DNA of 6,350 nucleotides from a virus (lineage: Duplodnaviria > Heunggongvirae > Uroviricota > Caudoviricetes), in IMG/VR virus record IMGVR_UViG_3300029461_000060, one strand, 5' to 3'. Below are positions 1-6,350 of the stretch, piece by piece (position 1 is the stretch's first letter; each line of letters opens with the position of its first letter). The position numbers and the translations under genes are program-made. Under the pieces are notes generated by a model. That model had not been told where the DNA came from. It did no database searches and worked only from the letters and a program-made list of their open reading frames with translations.

Positions 1-1644
1 GCTGCGGCTAACAGCCAGAAAGCTGCGAAGACGAGTGAAACTAACGCAAAGTCCAGCCAGACGGCAGCGAAGACCAGCGAAACGAATGCCAAAGCCAGCG
101 AAACTGCGGCAAAAAACAGTCAGGATGCAGCGGCCCAAAGCGAGAGTGCCGCAGCTGGTTCTGCAAGTGCGGCAGCTAATAGCCAAAAAGCTGCAAAAAC
201 CAGTGAAACTAACGCAAAGACGAGTGAAACAAAAGCAGCAGCCAGCGAGATAGAAGCAACGTCAGCCGCAACAAGAGCAGAGAATGCAGCCCGGATTGCA
301 GAAGATGCCGCTGATCCTGCTTCAGTCCCTCCGCTTCCTGATATCTGGCTACCCTTGAATGATTCTCTGGAAGCGATAACAGGGTATGCCCCGGGCTATA
401 AAACAATAACCATCGGCAGTGATGAAATAACAATGCCTGTTAATGGCATATGCCAATTTAGCCGCGCTTCATCAGCAACGTATATTGATAAGTCCGGGCA
501 TATTACCGTGGCAGGGAATAACGTTCCTCGTTTTGAAAAATATGGTTTGCTGATAGAGAATCAGCGAACAAACATGTTCGTAAATAGTTTTAATCCTGAT
601 GCGTGGAATAAAAGCGGTGGTATATCTGTAACATCATCAACAGATGAATTTGAGTTTAAATATGGACGTTTCACAGTAGGAAGCGACATAGCAGGAACGA
701 CAACAGGGAGAAATATATGCACAGTTGCTGGTAATAAAGGCATAGATGTGACTGGCGATGATCAGTACAGTAAAGGTCCGTATGTTACCGCGTCGTTCAG
801 GGTAAGAAGTGATCTCAATGTTCGCGCACGTATCCGTTTTGAACGGTATAACTCGGAAGGATACACTTTCCTTTGTGACGCCTATTTGTCATTACAGACT
901 CATGAACTACAAATTACGGGTGGTAATGCCCAGCTATTAACAGCAAACTTTGAAATCGACCCTGGTAGTGGATGGATATATTTTCAGGCAACACTGAAAT
1001 GTCTGCCAGAATGGGGAATGGTTGGTACGCAGCTGCAAATTGCAGCCGACAGAGCAGTGGGGGCTTTTGCAACAGGTGACTGGATAGAAGTAACCACCCC
1101 GCAATTCGAGTATGGTGCTTGTGCAACTTCCTTTATCATAACGACAACAGAGCCAGCGACTCGTGCATCAGATTTATGTAAATTTCCGCTGATGAAAAAT
1201 ATGTATACCATGCCTTTTACGTTCATGGTGGAAGTCCATAAAAACTGGTTTATTTCTCATAATGCTGCACCGCGTGTCATTGATTCAGAAAATCACCAGT
1301 CCGGAGGCCCATTTATTATGGGGTTTGGTTCTTCTGGAACTATCAGTCAGGATGGTTATTCGTATTGCGATATAGGCGGGGCTAACCGGCGTGTATATGA
1401 GTCATGCGGAGTAAGAGATCTCGTTATGGGATTCAGGGTTAAGGCTGACGGCATGACATGCTCATTTGCAAATAAGCATATAAGCACTGAAACCAAAACA
1501 GTATGGAAATATATTCGTGAAGCAGCCGTGATTCGAATCGGGGGGCAAACGACGACAGGATTACGACACCTTAATGGTCATATAAAAAACCTCCGTTTCT
1601 GGAACAGAGCATTGTCAGATACGCAGCTTAAGGAATACGTATAA
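1..1644 (+). CDS. Side tail fibre protein, 5'-partial (Stf-like shaft repeats plus a distal lectin-like receptor-binding tip)
   Basis: Frame 1 is open from nt 1 with no stop until TAA at 1642-1644, so the gene starts upstream of the window; the ORF track begins at TTG 355 only because there is no in-frame start earlier. Residues from nt 1-250 read AANSQKAAKTSETNAKSSQTAAKTSETNAKASETAAKNSQDAAAQSESAAAGSASAAANSQKAAKTSETNAK, which matches the Ala/Lys/Ser/Glu-rich 'phage tail fibre repeat' of lambda Stf-type fibres (from memory). The C-terminus ends LNGHIKNLRFWNRALSDTQLKEYV (nt 1570-1641), resembling the C-terminal signature of concanavalin A-like/LamG-type lectin domains (from memory, not searched). 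Confidence 0.8.
   Translation, partial: AAANSQKAAKTSETNAKSSQTAAKTSETNAKASETAAKNSQDAAAQSESAAAGSASAAANSQKAAKTSETNAKTSETKAAASEIEATSAATRAENAARIAEDAADPASVPPLPDIWLPLNDSLEAITGYAPGYKTITIGSDEITMPVNGICQFSRASSATYIDKSGHITVAGNNVPRFEKYGLLIENQRTNMFVNSFNPDAWNKSGGISVTSSTDEFEFKYGRFTVGSDIAGTTTGRNICTVAGNKGIDVTGDDQYSKGPYVTASFRVRSDLNVRARIRFERYNSEGYTFLCDAYLSLQTHELQITGGNAQLLTANFEIDPGSGWIYFQATLKCLPEWGMVGTQLQIAADRAVGAFATGDWIEVTTPQFEYGACATSFIITTTEPATRASDLCKFPLMKNMYTMPFTFMVEVHKNWFISHNAAPRVIDSENHQSGGPFIMGFGSSGTISQDGYSYCDIGGANRRVYESCGVRDLVMGFRVKADGMTCSFANKHISTETKTVWKYIREAAVIRIGGQTTTGLRHLNGHIKNLRFWNRALSDTQLKEYV
16..218 (+). repeat. Degenerate ~36-bp in-frame coding repeats of the fibre shaft
   Basis: cagaaagctgcgaagacgagtgaaactaacgcaaag (16-51) and caaaaagctgcaaaaaccagtgaaactaacgcaaag (183-218) are near-identical; acggcagcgaagaccagcgaaacgaatgccaaagcc (61-96) is a more diverged copy. 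All encode (Q/T)(K/A)AAKTSETNAK-type units. Confidence 0.7.
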
Positions 1645-1913
1645 TGCGGGATATAACATTACGATTCGATAACAGAGAACAGTTTAACGCAATTGTATAT
1701 GACAGTGGCCTGTTCAGTCTTGAAGAAGAAAATGGGGTTCTTGTTGATGTTATTGGCTGCATTATTGATTACGAGGAGCCAGAAAACGAAAGATGTACGG
1801 GCATTGATCGCGGTGGTTTTTTCGTAAACATGAGGATTGTTGATAGCAGTAAAAACATATCTTCTTTAATGCCTTTCATTACGACAGATCAGCATGTAAG
1901 GACATGGGCTTAA
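1644..1913 (+). CDS. Hypothetical small acidic protein (89 aa), translationally coupled to the upstream fibre gene
   Basis: ATG at 1644 overlaps the upstream TAA by 1 nt (TAATG); aagga at 1630-1634 is a plausible Shine-Dalgarno. No transmembrane segment and no motif I recognise. Its position between two fibre genes suggests a fibre-associated accessory or chaperone role, but that is inference only. Confidence 0.5.
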   Translation: MRDITLRFDNREQFNAIVYDSGLFSLEEENGVLVDVIGCIIDYEEPENERCTGIDRGGFFVNMRIVDSSKNISSLMPFITTDQHVRTWA

Positions 1914-1925
1914 TGGAGTAAGACA

Positions 1926-2966
1926 ATGGTTACAAAAACAGTAATTCCTGATGACATCAAAACGCTAAAATCGGATGTTAGTAAATTAAAAACCGATCAA
2001 GGAAACTACGCAACAAAATCTTATGTAGACAATAAAACAACATGGAATGGTTATTGCAATGTAATCTATGATCAAAAAACATTGCCAACAACTGGAACTA
2101 TATTCAGCGGTAAGCTGCATTTGTCAAATAAGACTGGTGAAACGGAAAACGCTTATAGTGACATATATACCAGAAAAAATATTGATGGTACTAAAGATAC
2201 AATGACGAGGATCGTCACACATAACGGGACAAAAGGTATCTTTTGGGACTTTAGTGATCTTTACGGAGGAACTTTAATTTTTCCAGGCAGTGATGGTTAC
2301 CTTAAGATGGGGAACTGTCTCATGTCGTATGGTGTGCGGGGAAGTAACGCGCTTATTAAGTTTGATAATACAGACTCATTGCAGATCAAATATGCTAATC
2401 ACGGGTCGACCATGACACTAAACACGCAAGGTACGGCGTATTCTGGTGTGTCGACGTTATTATGGGGAAATTCCAGTCGTCCAGTTGTTTATGAAATTAG
2501 GGATGATGGCGGGCTTTTTTTGTTTTATGCACAAAGGAACCCAGATAAAACCTATCAGCTTGAGATAAACGGGTCATGCAAGGCTACATCATTCGACCAG
2601 GTGTCGGACAGAGATCTTAAAGAAAACATTCAGGTTATTGATAATGCCACTGAGCGCATCAGATTAATGAATGGGTATACTTACCGTCTCAAGTCTAATG
2701 GTATGCCTTATGCTGGCGTTATTGCGCAAGAGGCACTTAATGCAATCCCTGAATCAGTTGGTAGCACAATAAAGTACAAGAGCGGGGACAATGGGTCTGA
2801 TGGAGAAGAGGGAGAAAGATACTATACCGTTGATTACTCAGGCGTAACGGGTTTGCTTGTTCAGGTAGCCAGAGAGTCAGACGACAGGATAACAGCACTG
2901 GAAGAAGAAAACGCAGAATTAAGACAAAGATTATCTGCAATTGAGGCGGCGCTTGCGTCTAAATAA
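1926..2966 (+). CDS. Second tail fibre/tailspike-like protein with a C-terminal intramolecular chaperone auto-processing domain (peptidase S74-type)
   Basis: Good Shine-Dalgarno GGAG at 1916-1919, 6 nt before ATG 1926. The C-terminal ~120 aa start with SDRDLKENIQVIDNATERIRLMNGYTY, a Ser-X4-Lys arrangement followed by conserved hydrophobic positions, and end in a heptad-like helix ITALEEENAELRQRLSAIEAALASK. This is the pattern of the auto-cleaving C-terminal chaperone domain described for phage K1F endosialidase and T5 L-shaped tail fibre. Confidence 0.8.
   Translation: MVTKTVIPDDIKTLKSDVSKLKTDQGNYATKSYVDNKTTWNGYCNVIYDQKTLPTTGTIFSGKLHLSNKTGETENAYSDIYTRKNIDGTKDTMTRIVTHNGTKGIFWDFSDLYGGTLIFPGSDGYLKMGNCLMSYGVRGSNALIKFDNTDSLQIKYANHGSTMTLNTQGTAYSGVSTLLWGNSSRPVVYEIRDDGGLFLFYAQRNPDKTYQLEINGSCKATSFDQVSDRDLKENIQVIDNATERIRLMNGYTYRLKSNGMPYAGVIAQEALNAIPESVGSTIKYKSGDNGSDGEEGERYYTVDYSGVTGLLVQVARESDDRITALEEENAELRQRLSAIEAALASK
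2604..2966 (+). other. Predicted intramolecular chaperone (S74-type) domain; candidate autoproteolysis site at the Ser codon 2604-2606
   Basis: tcg gac aga gat ctt aaa at 2604-2621 encodes S-D-R-D-L-K, in frame with the ATG at 1926. Ser and Lys five residues apart correspond to the catalytic dyad of S74-type domains (established for endosialidase, from memory). Confidence 0.6.
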
Positions 2967-2972
2967 TATTAA

Positions 2973-2995
2973 GGGGCCGAGCGCCCCGTTTTATT
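2973..2995 (+). terminator. Rho-independent terminator of the fibre operon
   Basis: ggggc (2973-2977) pairs with gcccc (2983-2987) around loop cgagc, followed by gttttatt. It lies 7 nt after the TAA at 2964-2966. Confidence 0.65.
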
Positions 2996-3308
2996 GGGTA
3001 GGATGAAAATGGATATAACACCTNNNNNNNNNNNNNNNNNNNNNNNNNNNNNNNNNNNNNNNNNNNNNNNNNNNNNNNNNNNCGGGAACTGGGCTTACGG
3101 AGCGATAGCCGGTTGTACGTTCTTCATTGCGCGTGAACACACCCAGGCAGAATATCGCTGGATTGAAATGTTCGGGCATGGCAAGCGTATGAATATGCCG
3201 TGGTGGGGCGGTTTTGATCCACGCGCGTGGGATGTGGCAAGCATGATGGATTTTGCTGTGCCGGTGGTGGCGTGTCTGCTGGTCTGGCGGTTAGTTAATC
3301 GTGGGTGA
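2994..3308 (+). CDS. Hypothetical small membrane protein, interrupted by the N-run (start and frame continuity uncertain)
   Basis: After the gap, 3083-3305 reads GNWAYGAIAGCTFFIAREHTQAEYRWIEMFGHGKRMNMPWWGGFDPRAWDVASMMDFAVPVVACLLVWRLVNRG with TGA at 3306-3308. There are two hydrophobic stretches (AYGAIAGCTFFIA and FAVPVVACLLVWRLV). Codon choice is E. coli-like (CTG, GTG, GCG, CGT, CCG), unlike the flanking AT-rich DNA. The part 5' of the gap (MGRMKMDITP) cannot be trusted to be in the same frame. Confidence 0.4.
   Translation: MGRMKMDITPXXXXXXXXXXXXXXXXXXXXGNWAYGAIAGCTFFIAREHTQAEYRWIEMFGHGKRMNMPWWGGFDPRAWDVASMMDFAVPVVACLLVWRLVNRG
3024..3082. other. Assembly gap or masked stretch (59 N)
   Basis: Uninterrupted run of n characters; true length and sequence are unknown. 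Confidence 0.99.
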
Positions 3309-3754
3309 AAAAGCATGTTTAGTGTACTTTCCCGAAACTGATAGTAAGTGGCGAGATTAATTACCTGCTTCAGACTGAATGATTTTTTGCAAGCGCCACA
3401 GAAGTAATAGGGGTGAGTGAAAAAATATTATATATTAATGAATTGCGTTATTGCATCATCAGCTCAAAATGATGAATAACTAGAATTCCTGTCATAGCAT
3501 TAATGGCTGAATTGGTGGGATGATATATCAGATAGAGTATCAATAAAAGCTGGAATGCATGTGGATTCAAATGGTTTTTGGCTAGATGATACTTATATCA
3601 TATATTATATGAAGTATTTTAATGTTGCTCTGGAGGGAAATAGTGAGAGATGCACGGCGAAGCACGTCTTGAACTAAATATACACAAGTAAATCATGCTT
3701 TCGCCGCTGTATTAGAGCTTTGTTTCAGATTTGTTAATCGCCAGGTATTACCCC

Positions 3755-3776
3755 ACCAAAAAAATGATTTTTTGGT
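3755..3776 (-). terminator. AT-rich palindrome just downstream of the KAP NTPase stop (possible weak terminator)
   Basis: accaaaaaa (3755-3763) and ttttttggt (3768-3776) are exact reverse complements around loop atga. It lies 14-35 nt beyond the minus-strand stop (TGA, complement of 3790-3792). The stem has only 3 G-C pairs and there is no separate U-tract, so it is weak. Confidence 0.3.
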
Positions 3777-3789
3777 AAAGTGGATGTTC

Positions 3790-5532
3790 TCATAATTTGT
3801 TAATGGCAATTTTAACTGTTCTGTTTAGATCGTATATGGCTCCAAATTTAAAGCTTTCTTTATAGGAAAGGCAAAAAATATCAAGTTTTTGACTAAGATA
3901 AATAAGTTTGTTTTTTTCATTAGTGGCGAATTGTTTTATGTTGCTGATTTGATAGTTGCTACGCAAGAAAGAACTAAATTGCTCAATATCATTAACTGCC
4001 CAATTCTTTAAAACGCATTTTGTTACAAATGATACACCAAGTACTTCAAGCGGCTTATAATTTCCGAATGGATCTAAAGTGGTTAATTGGTTAGCATTGA
4101 ATGATGCCCAGCCATTCAATTCTAATTGCAACTTAATAGTGTTGAGTTCACGCATTTTGATCGTGCTTTCATAACGGTAAAATGAAATTGAGTACAGCAA
4201 TTTGCTATCTTCAAAACCACTATTTAAGCTATTTTTTCTATCAAGTGAGTATAGCTCAAAGCATTCTGCAACTTCATTGTCAGTGAATCCGTTCAGAATC
4301 GAAGTGACAAACTTTAGAGTTATAATTGGTGATTTTGGTAGGTATTTATGTGTGGTTAAATACTCATAATTCTGAAACGCTTTTATCCATTCATAGAAAT
4401 TACAGTCAATCTTACGGCAAATTAAGTCGACAAGTGTATTTGAAAGTTCCTTTTCATTTATCTCATGTAATTCTGGACGTGCTGATATTGCAATTTCTCT
4501 CATAGTAAGCCGTTTTGCTTCATAAAACAAAACATCCAATATGTCATTTAATGAAGCTTGTCCGCTATAATACCTTTTAATCTCAGGTTTTATTTTGTAA
4601 TTATTCAATGCTAACCATAGCACTCTCTCACTATCACTTGATTTCTCGGTGTTTAATAAAAAAGTTGGATCTTTGTCCTTGAGAAGATCCTCAAGAGAGT
4701 GATTATGCAAAAATAATAAAATGAAGAAAGAGCATATTGAGTTTAAAAGAATTGTTGATGGTATTCGCCAAGAAAGATGAGGATATGATTTAACGTATTC
4801 ATATAATGGCGTAACTGTGTCCAAAATACGCATCAAAATACGGATGTTAACTATGTTGTTATTTTTTACTATATCCTCAAAGAGAATTTTATCTTCCTGT
4901 GGGAATTGGGAAAGCTTTCCATTTATTATATCTATATCCAATATTTCCTCTGGATGCGGATTATAATGAAGTGTTTCTGCAATGAGTTTTTCCTTGTGTT
5001 CTATTTTTAAACCAGACTCAGTTGATGTATTGGTAATAATAATAAAGTCTAAATTTGAGTTCATCTCGGACATATAAAGAGAATGGCAATATGTCAAAAT
5101 TTCACTAACTAATGATTTTTCGGATATTCTCTCTATATCATCCAATATAAAAATACCATCCAGTTTTGATAAAATGTTTTCTCTAACACTTGCACCAATA
5201 GAATTAAACATGCTGTTAATAATATTGGCACTTGCAGGTGAGCCGCTGGCAATGCTACCTATCCCTGATAGACTTTCGAGCCCGGATTTAAATGTTTGTA
5301 TATCTTGCAGGTAGTAACAATCTATAATTTTAGCTTTGAAATCTGATAAGGATTTAATACCTAGTAAAGAAATATAATAGAAAATGTTTTTATCATAGTA
5401 CTTGGGGAATTTTTTTCTGATAAAGTGAGTCTTTCCTGTGCCCCAGCTCCCATCAAGCAAAATCAGACCATCTCTTTTTTGTGAAAGTAGATGTATTATT
5501 TTTATAATAAGATTGCTGTTAGAGTATTTCAT
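3790..5532 (-). CDS. KAP-family P-loop NTPase (PifA-like), candidate phage-exclusion/abortive-infection protein
   Basis: Minus-strand ORF. The ORF track starts at TTG (5533-5535), but the adjacent ATG (complement of 5530-5532) is the more likely start. Walker A GSWGTGKT is at 5428-5451 (reverse complement gggagctggggcacaggaaagact, checked by hand). Walker B-like FILDDIER is at 5128-5151. The GxWGxGKT P-loop plus hhhDDxxR Walker B is the KAP NTPase signature (from memory). The gene is about 30% GC by hand count, well below its neighbours. Confidence 0.75.
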   Translation of the reverse strand: MKYSNSNLIIKIIHLLSQKRDGLILLDGSWGTGKTHFIRKKFPKYYDKNIFYYISLLGIKSLSDFKAKIIDCYYLQDIQTFKSGLESLSGIGSIASGSPASANIINSMFNSIGASVRENILSKLDGIFILDDIERISEKSLVSEILTYCHSLYMSEMNSNLDFIIITNTSTESGLKIEHKEKLIAETLHYNPHPEEILDIDIINGKLSQFPQEDKILFEDIVKNNNIVNIRILMRILDTVTPLYEYVKSYPHLSWRIPSTILLNSICSFFILLFLHNHSLEDLLKDKDPTFLLNTEKSSDSERVLWLALNNYKIKPEIKRYYSGQASLNDILDVLFYEAKRLTMREIAISARPELHEINEKELSNTLVDLICRKIDCNFYEWIKAFQNYEYLTTHKYLPKSPIITLKFVTSILNGFTDNEVAECFELYSLDRKNSLNSGFEDSKLLYSISFYRYESTIKMRELNTIKLQLELNGWASFNANQLTTLDPFGNYKPLEVLGVSFVTKCVLKNWAVNDIEQFSSFLRSNYQISNIKQFATNEKNKLIYLSQKLDIFCLSYKESFKFGAIYDLNRTVKIAINKL

Positions 5533-5589
5533 CAAGTTTTCTGGCTCGCTGTTAAAAATAAAACAGTATATGAAAATAATTTTCCTGTA

Positions 5590-5618
5590 ATCTTATAAAA
5601 AATGATAATCCATCTCAA
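5590..5618 (-). promoter_or_regulatory. Putative sigma70-like promoter for the KAP NTPase gene
   Basis: On the minus strand, TTGAGA (complement of 5613-5618), a 17-nt spacer, then TAAGAT (complement of 5590-5595), about 60 nt upstream of the ATG. Found by eye in very AT-rich DNA, where chance matches are common. Confidence 0.2.
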
Positions 5619-6141
5619 ACAGCAGACACAAGGCTCCCTACTTGATTTTTAATCATCCGTACAGTGCGAGACACATCGTGCCAGATAAACTTACTTGTCG
5701 GTATTGTATCATCGGCAACTATCACCTCAGCCTCTTTTCTCCATCATCTGACCTCATACCCTAGTGAGCTTTATATGCCGACAGTGCTAGTAGTCGCTAG
5801 TCGTGAGAATTAACTAGATCATTGTCAGTTGCTGGCGTCACTATCAGGAAACCTTCCGCTTATCTTTCTTTAGGTTCGGATGGTGTCCATCTGTATTAAT
5901 TTGTGGTTACCATTAATTCGATGAATAAATAGTGTTATTTTTTGTCTCCTTCCTTTTCCGTTTGTACCAACAATCAGCGATATAAAGTCACAATTATCAA
6001 CTAAAACAGCCTGGTTAGACGATGTACTTCATTGAAGCGATGACAATGTTAGTCAATGTCAAACAGAGATAGTGCAATCACTACTTTTTTAGTGTTACCA
6101 TGATTTTACTGGGTGAAAAACTTGCTGTGTCGATTTTTCAT

Positions 6142-6164
6142 TTGTGTACCAAATTGTGTACCAA
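6142..6164 (+). repeat. Tandem direct repeat TTGTGTACCAA x2 (1-nt spacer) upstream of thrS
   Basis: Copies at 6142-6152 and 6154-6164; a related tttgtaccaa lies at 5961-5970. Each unit contains the GTAC palindrome. Confidence 0.6.
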
Positions 6165-6228
6165 TTTAGCGACTGTTGGCTAGATGGATGCGCAATGAAT
6201 TGAAAACAAACAAATTTTCTCTTTGTAT

Positions 6229-6270
6229 GTGATCTTTCGTGTGGGTCACCACTGCAAATAAGGATATAAA
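6229..6270 (+). promoter_or_regulatory. thrS: thrS translational operator: anticodon-like stem-loop plus Shine-Dalgarno
   Basis: GUGAUC (6229-6234) pairs with GGUCAC (6244-6249), with one G-U wobble, around a loop that exposes CGU (6238-6240) preceded by U, i.e. a tRNA-Thr(CGU) anticodon-loop mimic. aagga at 6260-6264 is the Shine-Dalgarno, 6 nt before ATG 6271. This is consistent with the known autoregulation of thrS, where the synthetase binds an anticodon-arm mimic in its own leader. Confidence 0.6.
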
Positions 6271-6350
6271 ATGCCTGTTATAACTCTTCCTGATGGCAGC
6301 CAACGCCATTACGATCACGCTGTAAGCCCCATGGATGTTGCGCTGGACAT
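6271..6350 (+). CDS. thrS: Threonine--tRNA ligase, 5' end only (3'-partial at window edge)
   Basis: Translation MPVITLPDGSQRHYDHAVSPMDVALD matches the enterobacterial ThrRS N-terminus as I recall it; good Shine-Dalgarno immediately upstream. Confidence 0.9.
   Translation, partial: MPVITLPDGSQRHYDHAVSPMDVALD

Noticed and set aside
1-250. Possible CRISPR array, suggested by the regular repeats
   Set aside because: The repeats are degenerate, in-frame coding repeats of a fibre protein, with no unique spacers of fixed length between conserved repeat units.
35-253. ORF-track +strand 72-aa ORF (MKLTQSPARRQRRPAKR...)
   Set aside because: It is a frame-2 reading of the fibre shaft repeats. Frame 1 is open across the whole region and gives the recognisable AAKTSETNAK repeat protein; the Arg/Gln-rich product is an out-of-frame artefact.
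209-433. ORF-track minus-strand 74-aa ORF
   Set aside because: Antisense to the fibre CDS within the repeat region; Leu/Arg-rich low-complexity product typical of an antisense reading.
561-1226. Three minus-strand ORFs (561-743, 914-1126, 984-1226) inside the fibre gene
   Set aside because: All lie entirely within the much longer, motif-supported + strand fibre CDS; no independent support.
2737-2940. Minus-strand 67-aa ORF inside the second fibre gene
   Set aside because: Antisense to the chaperone-domain region, which carries a clear protein signature on the + strand.
2991-3316. Minus-strand ORFs 2991-3179 and 3095-3316
   Set aside because: One runs through the N-gap and both are antisense to a + frame with host-like codon usage; the products are Arg/His/Pro-rich and implausible.
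3555-3677. 40-codon + strand ORF (MHVDSNGFWLDDTYIIYYMKYFNVALEGNSERCTAKHVLN)
   Set aside because: No convincing Shine-Dalgarno, and it sits in AT-rich DNA where short ORFs arise by chance; not reported as a gene.
4700-4780. Hydrophobic stretch ILLNSICSFFILLFLH in the KAP protein as a membrane insertion
   Set aside because: Some KAP NTPases carry transmembrane inserts, but here it is a single ~16-residue stretch located after, not within, the P-loop domain; too weak to call a membrane protein without prediction tools.
5873-5883. ggttcggatgg, resembling a tRNA T-arm (possible tRNA-derived att site)
   Set aside because: I could not build an acceptor stem, anticodon arm or CCA-proximal 3' end around it; the similarity is limited to a few bases.

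Overview
This window appears to span the right end of a prophage and its junction with host DNA. Going 5' to 3': (i) the 3' part of a lambda Stf-like side tail fibre gene, with GC-rich Ala/Lys-rich shaft repeats and a lectin-like tip; (ii) a translationally coupled 89-aa ORF of unknown function; (iii) a second fibre or tailspike gene whose C-terminus carries the signature of an auto-cleaving intramolecular chaperone domain (peptidase S74-type); (iv) an intrinsic terminator; (v) a small E. coli-like membrane-protein ORF interrupted by a 59-N assembly gap; (vi) a strongly AT-rich island carrying one minus-strand gene for a KAP-family P-loop NTPase (the PifA family); (vii) about 740 bp with no long ORF; and (viii) the 5' end of host thrS with its anticodon-mimic operator hairpin. 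The most interesting candidate is the solitary PifA-like KAP NTPase, sitting where temperate phages usually carry cargo and defence genes. All calls rest on reading the sequence and the ORF track and on motif recall; no searches were run.
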